From contig CAYFJX010000001.1 of the NCBI GenBank assembly GCA_964343705.1, positions 6,100 to 70,099 of the forward strand: a stretch of 64,000 nucleotides of DNA, read 5' to 3'. A program made the translations under genes and the position numbers. This document shows positions 54,966 through 64,000 of the stretch, piece after piece; position 1 is the first letter of the stretch, and each line of letters opens with the position of its first letter. The stretch comes from an uncultured Methanosarcinales archaeon. GTDB lineage: Archaea; Nanobdellota; Nanobdellia; Woesearchaeales; UBA12501. The notes beneath the pieces were generated by a model. That model had not been told where the DNA came from. It saw only the letters and a list, made by a program, of their open reading frames with translations, and searched no databases.

Positions 54966-57095
54966 ATGGAACAAGAAGGGGTTGATAGTCACCCACATCA
55001 CACAAGGCACCATCGGCCTGCAATACTCATAGTTAGCGTGGTCCTGGTTCTGCTTATTTCATTATTTGCCTATTCAAAATCAGACATAACTGGTTATTAC
55101 ATTGCTTCTGATATTGCCCAAGGAGGAAATGTCACTCAGCTTGATATAGGAAGAGGACCTCTGTGGGGAGCGGTGTTTGGTAATGTAAGTGGAAACAGTA
55201 GTAGTGGGGCAAAAACTAATATTAGTATTGCGGCAACAGGAGACACAACTGCGTATCCAACAAACATCGCATTTTTACGGTGTTATGAAAATGAAATTTA
55301 TGCAAGTAATGGAACACAACACCTCCAATATGCAAGCAGTCCTATTCAACCAAATACAACTTATCTTGATGGACTAGAAGCTGCACAGAAGACAAAGGTT
55401 GATGAATTTCTTGGTGTTGCACAGCGTGATGAATTCTCAGCAAACAGTACCTTGAATGAAACAACCAGTTTCACCATTGGAGGCAGTAGTATTAGTGCAC
55501 ATAGCGTACCTCTAAACCCCACTAATGAAAGTTATGATGTTGGTGTGCTGCAGGATGCATTTGGTAATATGGTATTTGTCACAAAGGTGAATAATGCAAC
55601 AGGATTTGATAATAATTCTGTTGACTACCAATTTATGCTCCCTTCGTCCCCCACTGGAGGAACCACCTACCACTTTTTTAGAGATGAAAGAGATTGCACC
55701 AATATCAGTATTCAATTTTTATTTTACCCATTCTTTGTAATACAAAACCAAACCCAATACGTAGGATTGGAAATCAATATAACTGAAACAATAAACAACT
55801 TAACACTTACAATAAATGACTCTGACTCAACCTCTTTCAGGTTAAATGAAGCAAACGAAACAGATAGAAACACCAGTGGTGGCCAAATTTTTGTTGCATA
55901 TAGTTTTAATACAACAAAGACCGGGAATCATAGTGTATTTGCCAACCTATCAACAGCAACAACAACAGCTGTTGTGAAAAGTGGATTCGAGGTTCTATTG
56001 CCTAAAACAAATAATTGGACGTCTAGAGGAACAAGAAGCATGCAGCTCATTGATCGTCGGAGGTATGATCAGGGACAAGGTAGTCAGATACTTGAAAATA
56101 GCAGCAACATAACAGGAGAGCACGCGGTTAATGCATACTATCACCTTAACATCTCCTTAGATAATACAAGTGGATTAGGAAATACATCTCAGATATTTTT
56201 TAAGGACATGTTTATTCCAGAAGGTGTAACTGAGCTTTTTAACATTACTGAAACAAATATAACTGTAGTGCCTAATGTAAGTAATACCACAAAAGTATAC
56301 ACGTTCACCATGGAATCAGAGTTATCATTTTCATCATTTGAGTTTACCTATAACTATACCCCTATTGAATCAAATTTCACCAATGAAAGTAACATAGTAT
56401 TGTATAAATGTTCAAACTTAACAAACTGTACCTTTGTTAAACTTAACATAACTATTGACACTGATAGCAATATCATTAACACTACCGCCTCGTCACTCTC
56501 TGTTTTCCAAGTAGGAGAAGACACAAGTAGTAGTTCATCCAGTAGCTCGTCAAGTAGCAGTTCCAGTACTTCAACTGGTGGGCCTGCAGCTGCCAGCAAG
56601 GGTGGTGGTGCAACTGCAACAAGTGCTCGTGCGCGATGTGGAAACCACAAATGTGAAATAGTAAAAGGTGAGAGTTGTCGTACATGCACTATTGACTGCG
56701 GAGTGTGTAAAGCATTACCAAATACCATCCCAAATGCAAGCATACTCTCTAAGAAAGCCATTAGAGCAACACAAGGTGAAACACAGGACCTGCTTAACCA
56801 AGTCAAGGTGCTTCTGACCAATAATAGAGATTGTAGTCACTTGTTAGGCCTTGTACAAGAAGCAAGACAATTGTACAACCAAGGAAAGTACGCAGAAGCA
56901 TACCTACGAGCAGATTCTGTCAGGTATTCCTGTGGAAACATACTTGCAGGTCTTGAAGAAGAACCTCTGCTTGAAATTCCAAGTGGACAATTAAGTAAGT
57001 TTTATGATCAGACTCTTATCTTCTTAATTATACTGTGTTTGATAGTAATTGCACTATTGGCAACTGATGGAATAAAACACAAGAGAAAAAAATAA
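54966..57095 (+). CDS. Surface protein with Ser-rich linker, Cys-knot segment and C-terminal TM plus basic tail
   Basis: Poly-Ser (SSSSSSSSSSSSTSTGG), Cys cluster (CGNHKCEIVKGESCRTCTIDCGVCK), C-terminal LIFLIILCLIVIALL then KHKRKK. Confidence 0.5.
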   Translation: MEQEGVDSHPHHTRHHRPAILIVSVVLVLLISLFAYSKSDITGYYIASDIAQGGNVTQLDIGRGPLWGAVFGNVSGNSSSGAKTNISIAATGDTTAYPTNIAFLRCYENEIYASNGTQHLQYASSPIQPNTTYLDGLEAAQKTKVDEFLGVAQRDEFSANSTLNETTSFTIGGSSISAHSVPLNPTNESYDVGVLQDAFGNMVFVTKVNNATGFDNNSVDYQFMLPSSPTGGTTYHFFRDERDCTNISIQFLFYPFFVIQNQTQYVGLEINITETINNLTLTINDSDSTSFRLNEANETDRNTSGGQIFVAYSFNTTKTGNHSVFANLSTATTTAVVKSGFEVLLPKTNNWTSRGTRSMQLIDRRRYDQGQGSQILENSSNITGEHAVNAYYHLNISLDNTSGLGNTSQIFFKDMFIPEGVTELFNITETNITVVPNVSNTTKVYTFTMESELSFSSFEFTYNYTPIESNFTNESNIVLYKCSNLTNCTFVKLNITIDTDSNIINTTASSLSVFQVGEDTSSSSSSSSSSSSSSTSTGGPAAASKGGGATATSARARCGNHKCEIVKGESCRTCTIDCGVCKALPNTIPNASILSKKAIRATQGETQDLLNQVKVLLTNNRDCSHLLGLVQEARQLYNQGKYAEAYLRADSVRYSCGNILAGLEEEPLLEIPSGQLSKFYDQTLIFLIILCLIVIALLATDGIKHKRKK

Positions 57096-57136
57096 GACAT
57101 AAAATCTAAATTCAGAAATCTAAATTTGATCTAAGA

Positions 57137-57736
57137 CTACTTTAAATTCTGAGGGTGCATAACAATCTTCATTTCAATTCCTTTCTGAGTAATAAACTCT
57201 CTGACAGCTTTTTGTTTGAGCCCTTCTATTTTTTTAGCTTGTTCAGCTGTTAGGTTGCCACTCACGTTTGCGCCGCTTGTCTGTTTAAGCTGTGTTTTTT
57301 TGGCAATAAAGTCCAGCCCAAGCAAACGCAATCCTACAAAGCGTTCAATTGGTTCAAGATCAATAGACGACCCGTCACTCTGCATAAATGCAGAGGGGTT
57401 TTCCTCTTGCATGAGGTGTATACTTTGCTGTACTTCAACACTATTGACTCTAAGCCCTGCTTTTTTTGCTTGGTCAGCTAAAATAAAGTGAGGGACTACA
57501 ATGTCATTAAGGAAAATTTCTGGTTGAAGCTTTGTTGTAGGACCAAACACTTCATATAATGTGTTAAACTCGTGCCGTGTTAGTTTTTCATCTTCTATCT
57601 CCATAACAAGAAGATGTGCTTTCTCATCTTGAACATTATCTGAGAGAATAAAAAAAACAAGGACAAGAACAAGAAGGGATAGAATTGCACAAATAATAAA
57701 GCCCGGTTTAATCTTGTGATTTCGTATCTTAACCAT
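57137..57736 (-). CDS. Membrane-anchored hypothetical protein
   Basis: 199-aa ORF, N-terminal TM. Follows the surface-protein gene 57746..59581 on the same strand. Confidence 0.4.
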   Translation of the reverse strand: MVKIRNHKIKPGFIICAILSLLVLVLVFFILSDNVQDEKAHLLVMEIEDEKLTRHEFNTLYEVFGPTTKLQPEIFLNDIVVPHFILADQAKKAGLRVNSVEVQQSIHLMQEENPSAFMQSDGSSIDLEPIERFVGLRLLGLDFIAKKTQLKQTSGANVSGNLTAEQAKKIEGLKQKAVREFITQKGIEMKIVMHPQNLK

Positions 57737-57745
57737 GAAAATCCC

Positions 57746-59581
57746 CTAGTGGCGGCGTCTCCGTTTTTTCTTTTTGACCAAAAGGAACAACACAATTGCA
57801 AGTAGCGCCACTAAGACAACGAGCTTAACATTGAAATCCTTAACAACAAGGTCTAACTTCTTTGTAAAGCTTTTTAGTAATGCTTCTGGCCGCTCACCAT
57901 ACTTAATCTTAATTGTGAAGTCTGGATTATCTGCAATATCTATTTCATCAAGTTCAATTTTGACAAAGGTCTTTTTTGAACTACCTGGCGTAAGTTGTAT
58001 TTTCCTACCGCTAAAAGCTTGTTGTTCATTGTTCTTTGTAAAATCTATAAGTTCAGGCAATGCATAGGCTTTTACTGACCCTGTGTTAATAAGTTCAACT
58101 TCAAATCGTTGTGTTCGCTTGTTGTAAAAAACTTCCCCAAGAGTAATATCTGCTTTATCTTCATAGGTAACAAATTCTAGCACCCCATCATCTTCTCCGC
58201 TAAAATCCATGCTAGATGGATGATCACCATACACATATTTGCTTGTGACTCGCAAAACATCATCAACATTGTTTGTTAAGTCAATATCATACACCCTTGC
58301 AAGCTCTTCATTCTTGCCAATGAAAAAACTGTCTTCGTCAGCAAGAATATGAAGGGGTTTTGTATCAGATCCCACAAACAATTCATGACTCAGTGACCGA
58401 ACATAGGTCACAAGATCTTTTTCATTCTTAAAGAATACCTCTACCTGTTGTGTAAGGGTGTTGTAGTCAACTTTTGTTATTTTAACCTCTGGCTCATAAG
58501 CAGGTGTTGGATAAAAATCAAGTGCAAGAACATCTGGGCCCACAGCTTTTGCATACTTCACAATAAGTTTTGTGTTGGTCAGCTCAGATAACTCCTCTCC
58601 TTGAGCAAGAAGATTCATACCAATGAGGACAATATGTGTGGTCCCATGATCTTTCATGAATTTTACTGCCTGCGACGGAGCATCGCCTGGCCCAATGAAA
58701 ATTGTTGGAAATTCAGGATTAAAAAGGCTGTTTTCAAGAGTAGTTCCTTGTGCAATCATTACTTGACCTGCATCTTTTCCTGATGCTTCTAAAAAACGTT
58801 CTGCAAGCGCAATGTTGTTGTCATACCTGTTCCCTTTATTCATAATTTCAGGATTAAACCGCCCTAGTTCTTGCCGGACATTATTTTCAGTAGAGCCAAC
58901 AATAAGAATATCTGTAATTTCCAGTTCTTCAATAAGACCAACAACTTCATCAATGTTATCATTGTCAGCAAAAATGACCCAGCTTTTAGTTGCGATTGCA
59001 TAGGGTACAGCACTAAGGGCATTATAAGCAAATGAATCATCCAGGATTAATATTTTTTCTATCTTGCCTTTTTTTGCAAGTCTTCGAGCGAATTCCTTAT
59101 TTAGGTGATCAGAATCCCCAATAATTTCTTCTTCAAACTTAATGTCTGATTCTTCCATCATGTTTGAGAAGCCTTTAATGTAGGGTTGTTTTTTTGATGT
59201 AAACACAAGTAGATTCCCTGTGTCTACAAATAAACCTGACTCAAGCAACCAGGTGCCGTGCAATTCTTCTGCAATGTACTGTAGCCTGTGTACTCCTCCA
59301 AGACCAGAATATAACAAGCCAGAATATACATCCACCCAATCTCTTGAGTTTACAAGAACTTGATCTTCACGTTCTTGGTCTTCGTCAGCAAAGGATACAG
59401 GAAGCATACCAACAGCAAGAACACTTACCAGGAAAAACAATAAGAACGCACGTACAAATGTTTTTGTTGTTGTCATTGAATCCCCATTTCCCCCTGTGTA
59501 ATCGTGTATACTAATCATGTATACTAATGCGCAGTGTGTGATGATTAATACACTGTAATGTGTACGCCTTGCATACAACAA
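57746..59581 (-). CDS. Secreted surface protein with C-terminal TM anchor and poly-basic tail
   Basis: Signal peptide. C-terminus LVVLVALLAIVLFLLV then KKKKRRRRH (sortase-type tripartite end). Confidence 0.5.
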   Translation of the reverse strand: MLYARRTHYSVLIITHCALVYMISIHDYTGGNGDSMTTTKTFVRAFLLFFLVSVLAVGMLPVSFADEDQEREDQVLVNSRDWVDVYSGLLYSGLGGVHRLQYIAEELHGTWLLESGLFVDTGNLLVFTSKKQPYIKGFSNMMEESDIKFEEEIIGDSDHLNKEFARRLAKKGKIEKILILDDSFAYNALSAVPYAIATKSWVIFADNDNIDEVVGLIEELEITDILIVGSTENNVRQELGRFNPEIMNKGNRYDNNIALAERFLEASGKDAGQVMIAQGTTLENSLFNPEFPTIFIGPGDAPSQAVKFMKDHGTTHIVLIGMNLLAQGEELSELTNTKLIVKYAKAVGPDVLALDFYPTPAYEPEVKITKVDYNTLTQQVEVFFKNEKDLVTYVRSLSHELFVGSDTKPLHILADEDSFFIGKNEELARVYDIDLTNNVDDVLRVTSKYVYGDHPSSMDFSGEDDGVLEFVTYEDKADITLGEVFYNKRTQRFEVELINTGSVKAYALPELIDFTKNNEQQAFSGRKIQLTPGSSKKTFVKIELDEIDIADNPDFTIKIKYGERPEALLKSFTKKLDLVVKDFNVKLVVLVALLAIVLFLLVKKKKRRRRH

Positions 59582-59640
59582 AAATGTTTATATAGTTAGT
59601 GTTAAATTGTTAAATTGTAAATTACCTCTTGATTTAATAG

Positions 59641-60231
59641 TTAAATTTTTTTCTCACTCGAATATTTGAGTAATGATTTAGAGTTATTTGATGATAATTG
59701 TCGTTGCAACTCAGCATGTCGCTGTGGAACAATTGGTTTACCCCCCAATGCAAGTTTAAGCACGTCTCGAGCAGTGTTCTTAAGAAGATTAAAATGGGAA
59801 AAAGAATAGGAAGCAATCATATCAAGGTATTCATGATTTCTTGCCCGATTCAAGTGAGTATATCTGTCTCGCTCTGCAGCATCACGAAAAGCTTGAAGAC
59901 GTACAAAAGATGCCTCCCCGTTTGAAGGAACAAAAGATAAAATAGATTCCGGATGCATTTTAAGAGCTTTTAGCGAGTCAGTTTCACCAAAATCCTGCCA
60001 AAAAGCCTGCTTCAGCCTAATAACTTCCAAGGAAAAACTTTGTAACCCTAACTTTTCAAAGTTAAGTGAGCATGAATAACCTTCAATAACACCTGTATCC
60101 TCTAGTTTCTTTCTTATTTTTCCAACTGCTTGTGTTGAAATTTTAAGTTGAGATGCCATTGCAATATCAGTAACACGACCATTATCAAGCAATAAACCAA
60201 GAACTTTCCTCTCATTTTTTGTGAAATCCAT
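59641..60231 (-). CDS. Lrp/AsnC-like winged-helix transcription regulator with extended C-terminal domain
   Basis: N-terminal HTH: NERKVLGLLLDNGRVTDIAMASQLKISTQAVGKIRKKLEDTGVI. Confidence 0.5.
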   Translation of the reverse strand: MDFTKNERKVLGLLLDNGRVTDIAMASQLKISTQAVGKIRKKLEDTGVIEGYSCSLNFEKLGLQSFSLEVIRLKQAFWQDFGETDSLKALKMHPESILSFVPSNGEASFVRLQAFRDAAERDRYTHLNRARNHEYLDMIASYSFSHFNLLKNTARDVLKLALGGKPIVPQRHAELQRQLSSNNSKSLLKYSSEKKI

Positions 60232-60387
60232 CTAACCACCCAAAAATTTTTCAAAATTTGTTTATTATATAACATTCCAGAGTAGAACTAGTTTAAATGT
60301 TTAACGGTAAGTATATAAGTTCTGTTGCCCCTAATAAAAACTGTCTAGTTAGAACTTTATAAATTAAGAGGCTAAAAAGAAGGGGCC

Positions 60388-63009
60388 ATGGGAAAAATAA
60401 ATATGCATGGACAAGACATGCAATCAAAGAAAAAAAGAGCAATAGCGTTTGTTAAGAATAACCCTTACTTAGCACTAGCATTATTTCTTATTTTTGTAGG
60501 AGGAGCCTATGCACTTAATGATCAAACTGGTTTTATTGGTAAGGCTATTTCCTTTGTAGGTCCTGGAGCAGGCGACACAGGAGGTACTGATGCAGGTACA
60601 GGCGATAGTGGCGCTGACGCAGGTGGAGACACTGGAGGTCAAGCAGGAGATTCTGGGAGTTCTGCACAAGGAAGTGAAGGAGCAAGTGGTGATGCAGGCG
60701 GAGACTCAGGAAGTAGTCAGGCAGGAGATTCTGGCTCAGGAGATGGAGGAGGTGACTCACGGTCCCAACGAAGTGGAGGAGGATCACCAGACCCAGAAGA
60801 ACAAGTAGTGTGTATCAAAGGAGATGTGACCACAAGAAAACAAAAGATGAATGTTGAAACTAATTGTGATGGCACCTTTGACTTGGTTCTTTCATCAAAA
60901 CCCCTTAATTACTTAAGTAATGGAGTGTTCTTGCCGATTAGCAATCTACTACAAGAAGCAAACACTAATGGGTTTGAGTACAAGGTTGATGAAAATGTGT
61001 TTGATGTATTGTTTGAAAAAAATCCCACTGACGACAGACTGCTTCAGTTTAAGATAGGAACAAGGCAAATTAATTACAGCTTTTTTGACACAAATAGTGT
61101 CACTGCAACCCTCAGTGGGAATAGTATTATTTACACCAACATGCTTGATGGAGGTACTGTTGACTACAAGATTAGCGCTGATAGTATTAAAGAAACCATA
61201 ACTTATAACGCCTATGTCACAAACGAATGGTACATAAAGATTGTCACAACAAACACATACGCAACAAAAGATAATAATGGCAATGTTAACTTTTATGACA
61301 GTGACACTGATGCCTTACTTTGGCAATTCCTTACACCTTTTATGGAAGATGCTGACGGGGTTAAGCAAGACCTCAACGCCACTATTGTAAATACTGCTGA
61401 GGGATTCAACTTAACACTAACAGGAGACGCTAATTGGATGCAGAACACTGCAGCATATCCTTTAGAGGTCGACCCCACCACAGCACTTCCTGACGCAAGC
61501 ACTGGAGAAGGCGTTGTAACTATCCAAGGTGTTGTTAACCCACCTAGTTCAGTCGACAACAAATTTGTAACTGACAATCAAACCTTTTCTTCCACACAAG
61601 TATTTGCAATTGATACTGCTCTTGAGTTTTCAAAGGCAAATGTTTCTATTCCAAAGACCAGTGGTGCCATAACCCACATTATCAAGTGTAAAGATGCAAA
61701 TTTTGATTATGCAAGTGGCTCGTGTAGCGAGTGGGAAAAAACAAGCATCCCTTTTGTTGATTCAGGAGATAATATTAATTTCAGTGTGACTTCATTTAGC
61801 GCGTATTCAGGAGCTAACCTTGGGTCAGAGCCAACAACAAGCAATGAATTTGGTGAAGGAACTGATCTTGCAAGTGTGTTTGATTACAACAATGTAAGTA
61901 ATCTAAACTTAGCCACAGCATCAGGTGGTATTGTGTGGGATACTGCAAACATAAGCGGCCTTGACTTAAATACACACATAAACATAGGTGATAATTTTAT
62001 TAGTTTAAACAGTGGATCACTCCAAAATCTTAACAAAAGTGCAACAATTACCATTAAGAATGTTGATTGTACAAGTTTCAATAATATTGTGTACGCAAAT
62101 GGATTTCACAGCAATAAAGATGAGATTACAACAGGAGGAATTATATGTGATGCAACAACAAGTCCTGCATGTACAAGCATAAGCTGTAGTGGCAGCACAC
62201 TCACGTTTACTGCATCTCACTTCACTGGTTTTTCATCAACACAGGGTACAGACTTAAGCATTTATGATGTTGCAGACACTGAATTTGGAGGGGCTGGTTT
62301 CATTAATGCTAACACCTCAACATATTATACTGCTTCATACAATGCTTCTGGAGGCGCACCAATCACAGGAGCAACATGTAATTGGGAAGTGACCACAGAA
62401 CCAAAGTCAGGCAATATGACCTTCAATAGTACTGATAGCACGTATTACAAAGTTGATGCTGGAATTTCAGAACCTGGTTTACACAGTTGGAATGTAAGTT
62501 GTGAGAAAAGTGGTGACTTTGCCCAGAACACTGTGGCAGACACACTCTTTGTACTTTCAGCAGACCGAAGTGGTGGTGCTGATGCAACACTCACACTTCT
62601 AGACCAAGTTGACACAGGAGAAGCAGAGTCAAGTAGAATCCAACCTAACACAGCGTTTAAAGTGTATGCTCAATACTACAACCAAAGCAACTCTGCTCTT
62701 ATTCCAAACAGCACTGCTGCTGGAACAGGAGGAGGTTGTGAAGTGGAATTCTCAAGTAATGGCACTGTATATGGTATGACTGCAAATGGGTCTGAGTATT
62801 ATTACATTCGAGAATCAGGTATTGCGTTTGAAGGAACACATGTGTGGAATGTCACGTGTAACCATGGGTATTTTGACAGGTTACAAAAGCAAAATGATTT
62901 CATTATCTCAGCTGTTCCCTTACCAGAGTTTGGGAGCATAATAAGTATGTTCTTGGCAATAAGCATATCATTGTTTGGCTTGTTCTTTGTACGTAGAAGA
63001 CATATGTGA
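60388..63009 (+). CDS. Large surface protein with G/D/S-rich N-terminal repeats and PEF-CTERM sorting signal
   Basis: N-terminal TM/signal, repeat region (GDSGADAGGDTGG...), and C-terminal PLPEFGSIISMFLAISISLFGLFFV-RRRHM (PEF motif, TM, basic). Confidence 0.6.
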   Translation: MGKINMHGQDMQSKKKRAIAFVKNNPYLALALFLIFVGGAYALNDQTGFIGKAISFVGPGAGDTGGTDAGTGDSGADAGGDTGGQAGDSGSSAQGSEGASGDAGGDSGSSQAGDSGSGDGGGDSRSQRSGGGSPDPEEQVVCIKGDVTTRKQKMNVETNCDGTFDLVLSSKPLNYLSNGVFLPISNLLQEANTNGFEYKVDENVFDVLFEKNPTDDRLLQFKIGTRQINYSFFDTNSVTATLSGNSIIYTNMLDGGTVDYKISADSIKETITYNAYVTNEWYIKIVTTNTYATKDNNGNVNFYDSDTDALLWQFLTPFMEDADGVKQDLNATIVNTAEGFNLTLTGDANWMQNTAAYPLEVDPTTALPDASTGEGVVTIQGVVNPPSSVDNKFVTDNQTFSSTQVFAIDTALEFSKANVSIPKTSGAITHIIKCKDANFDYASGSCSEWEKTSIPFVDSGDNINFSVTSFSAYSGANLGSEPTTSNEFGEGTDLASVFDYNNVSNLNLATASGGIVWDTANISGLDLNTHINIGDNFISLNSGSLQNLNKSATITIKNVDCTSFNNIVYANGFHSNKDEITTGGIICDATTSPACTSISCSGSTLTFTASHFTGFSSTQGTDLSIYDVADTEFGGAGFINANTSTYYTASYNASGGAPITGATCNWEVTTEPKSGNMTFNSTDSTYYKVDAGISEPGLHSWNVSCEKSGDFAQNTVADTLFVLSADRSGGADATLTLLDQVDTGEAESSRIQPNTAFKVYAQYYNQSNSALIPNSTAAGTGGGCEVEFSSNGTVYGMTANGSEYYYIRESGIAFEGTHVWNVTCNHGYFDRLQKQNDFIISAVPLPEFGSIISMFLAISISLFGLFFVRRRHM
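60580..60790 (+). repeat. Imperfect tandem nucleotide repeats encoding the G/D/S-rich low-complexity segment
   Basis: Recurring gcaggagattctgg / ggtgatgcaggcgga units. Confidence 0.3.
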
Positions 63010-63031
63010 AATTAGATATGAACTAGGCAAA

Positions 63032-63880
63032 CTACAAGCCTGTAAACAAGTCAACAGTTATGAAGATCTCAGTAAAGGCAGCAATAAGTATCAAAACACA
63101 AGCAATAAGAAATAGGTACAATGAGTCATGAACAACGTTCTTAAACTCTTGCGTGCCAACATGTTCTACAAGAATAGCTTTTGACATGACACCCCCTGCG
63201 ATTGCTGCAATAATAAAACCCATCATCTCTGGGATAAGGTGTAAGGAAAATACAGCAATAAGCTGAACAGCTTTGGCAAAGTTTGAGGAAAGATAACGTA
63301 TCATAAGGACGGCAAAGCTCGCAAACACACTTGCATTAAGTACAATTAAAAACAGGGCTCCTGCGCCAAAAACAACTGAAAGGAAAAACGCTATCAGGGC
63401 AACAGATAAGTTGTGTTGAAGAACACTCAGTGCGTTATCAACAGTTGGAGCTGTAGATTTTGAAAAGAACCTATCTAGGACGTCAGTGTTTATGTGCTCT
63501 TGTTTACTAAGAAAATCTAGTTGGTATTCGAAAATAACTGGAACTTGATCCTGTGCCAGCACCCCAAGTGTAACAAAACCAACAAATGCGCCTAAAAAAA
63601 CAAGGGTATAAATGATAACAATGCTTCGATGATTTTTGAAAAAAGTAAGAATGTTTGTTGGCCTCTCTGCTCGTTCTCGTTTTTCTTCAAGAGACAGCAC
63701 ACCAACAAAGGTTGGCACTACAAACAAGGTAGTTAAAAAAAGCATGGCAATAGAAACACCTTGCTCAAAAAAGAATAGTGTGCCAAGAATGTAACCCATT
63801 ATAGAATAAATAAATCCTAGAAAAAATGAAACATACGGGCGTTCCATAAGCCATTCAGTGTTTATTTCTTCTAGTACCAT
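63032..63880 (-). CDS. Polytopic membrane protein (SpoIIM/DUF95-like?)
   Basis: 282 aa with about 6 TM helices. Family assignment tentative. Confidence 0.4.
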   Translation of the reverse strand: MVLEEINTEWLMERPYVSFFLGFIYSIMGYILGTLFFFEQGVSIAMLFLTTLFVVPTFVGVLSLEEKRERAERPTNILTFFKNHRSIVIIYTLVFLGAFVGFVTLGVLAQDQVPVIFEYQLDFLSKQEHINTDVLDRFFSKSTAPTVDNALSVLQHNLSVALIAFFLSVVFGAGALFLIVLNASVFASFAVLMIRYLSSNFAKAVQLIAVFSLHLIPEMMGFIIAAIAGGVMSKAILVEHVGTQEFKNVVHDSLYLFLIACVLILIAAFTEIFITVDLFTGL

Positions 63881-64000
63881 TGTATCACTTTGTTATCTGT
63901 GTTTTTTAGTCTGTTATTTCAATCGTTTTCGTAAGTAATCATCTAAATCACTTGCTTGCTGTTTAAATTTTTCGGTTGCTACCTTCGGAGGTTTTGACTC

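Overview
AT-rich archaeal window, probably a DPANN-type lineage. The lineage call is inferred from archaeal ribosomal/translation genes (S15, L40e, L37ae, aIF5A, aRF1, RpoP, Pcc1, prefoldin beta), TATA-box promoters, a BHB-intron tRNA and archaeosortase/PEF-CTERM surface proteins. The first ~16 kb is mostly housekeeping: a partial histidine kinase, an HtrA-like protease, rps15, a SpoU methyltransferase, a site-2 protease, L40e, aIF5A, and aRF1 carrying a LAGLIDADG intein at the GGQ motif. The middle, about 17.8-43.0 kb, is an accessory island with a striking paralog expansion. It holds seven paralogs of a ~440-530 aa protein whose C-terminus is a PEP-utilizing-enzyme phosphohistidine swivel domain. 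These sit with four class-I SAM-methyltransferase-like paralogs, three SGNH/GDSL-like membrane protein paralogs, a PLP enzyme, a hexapeptide acyltransferase, an alpha/beta hydrolase, two toxin-antitoxin pairs (VapBC, MNT/HEPN), a TrmB regulator, pta, and a ~200-bp MITE-like insertion in a divergent promoter. The distal part has an intron-containing tRNA-Pro, the conserved L37ae-RpoP-Pcc1-PfdB cluster, MscS, a RelA/SpoT-homolog (RSH) nucleotidyltransferase, and a surface-protein/archaeosortase cluster including a PEF-CTERM protein. Two intergenic copies of a structured RNA-like element with compensatory hairpin changes are also present. No rRNA or CRISPR array was found.
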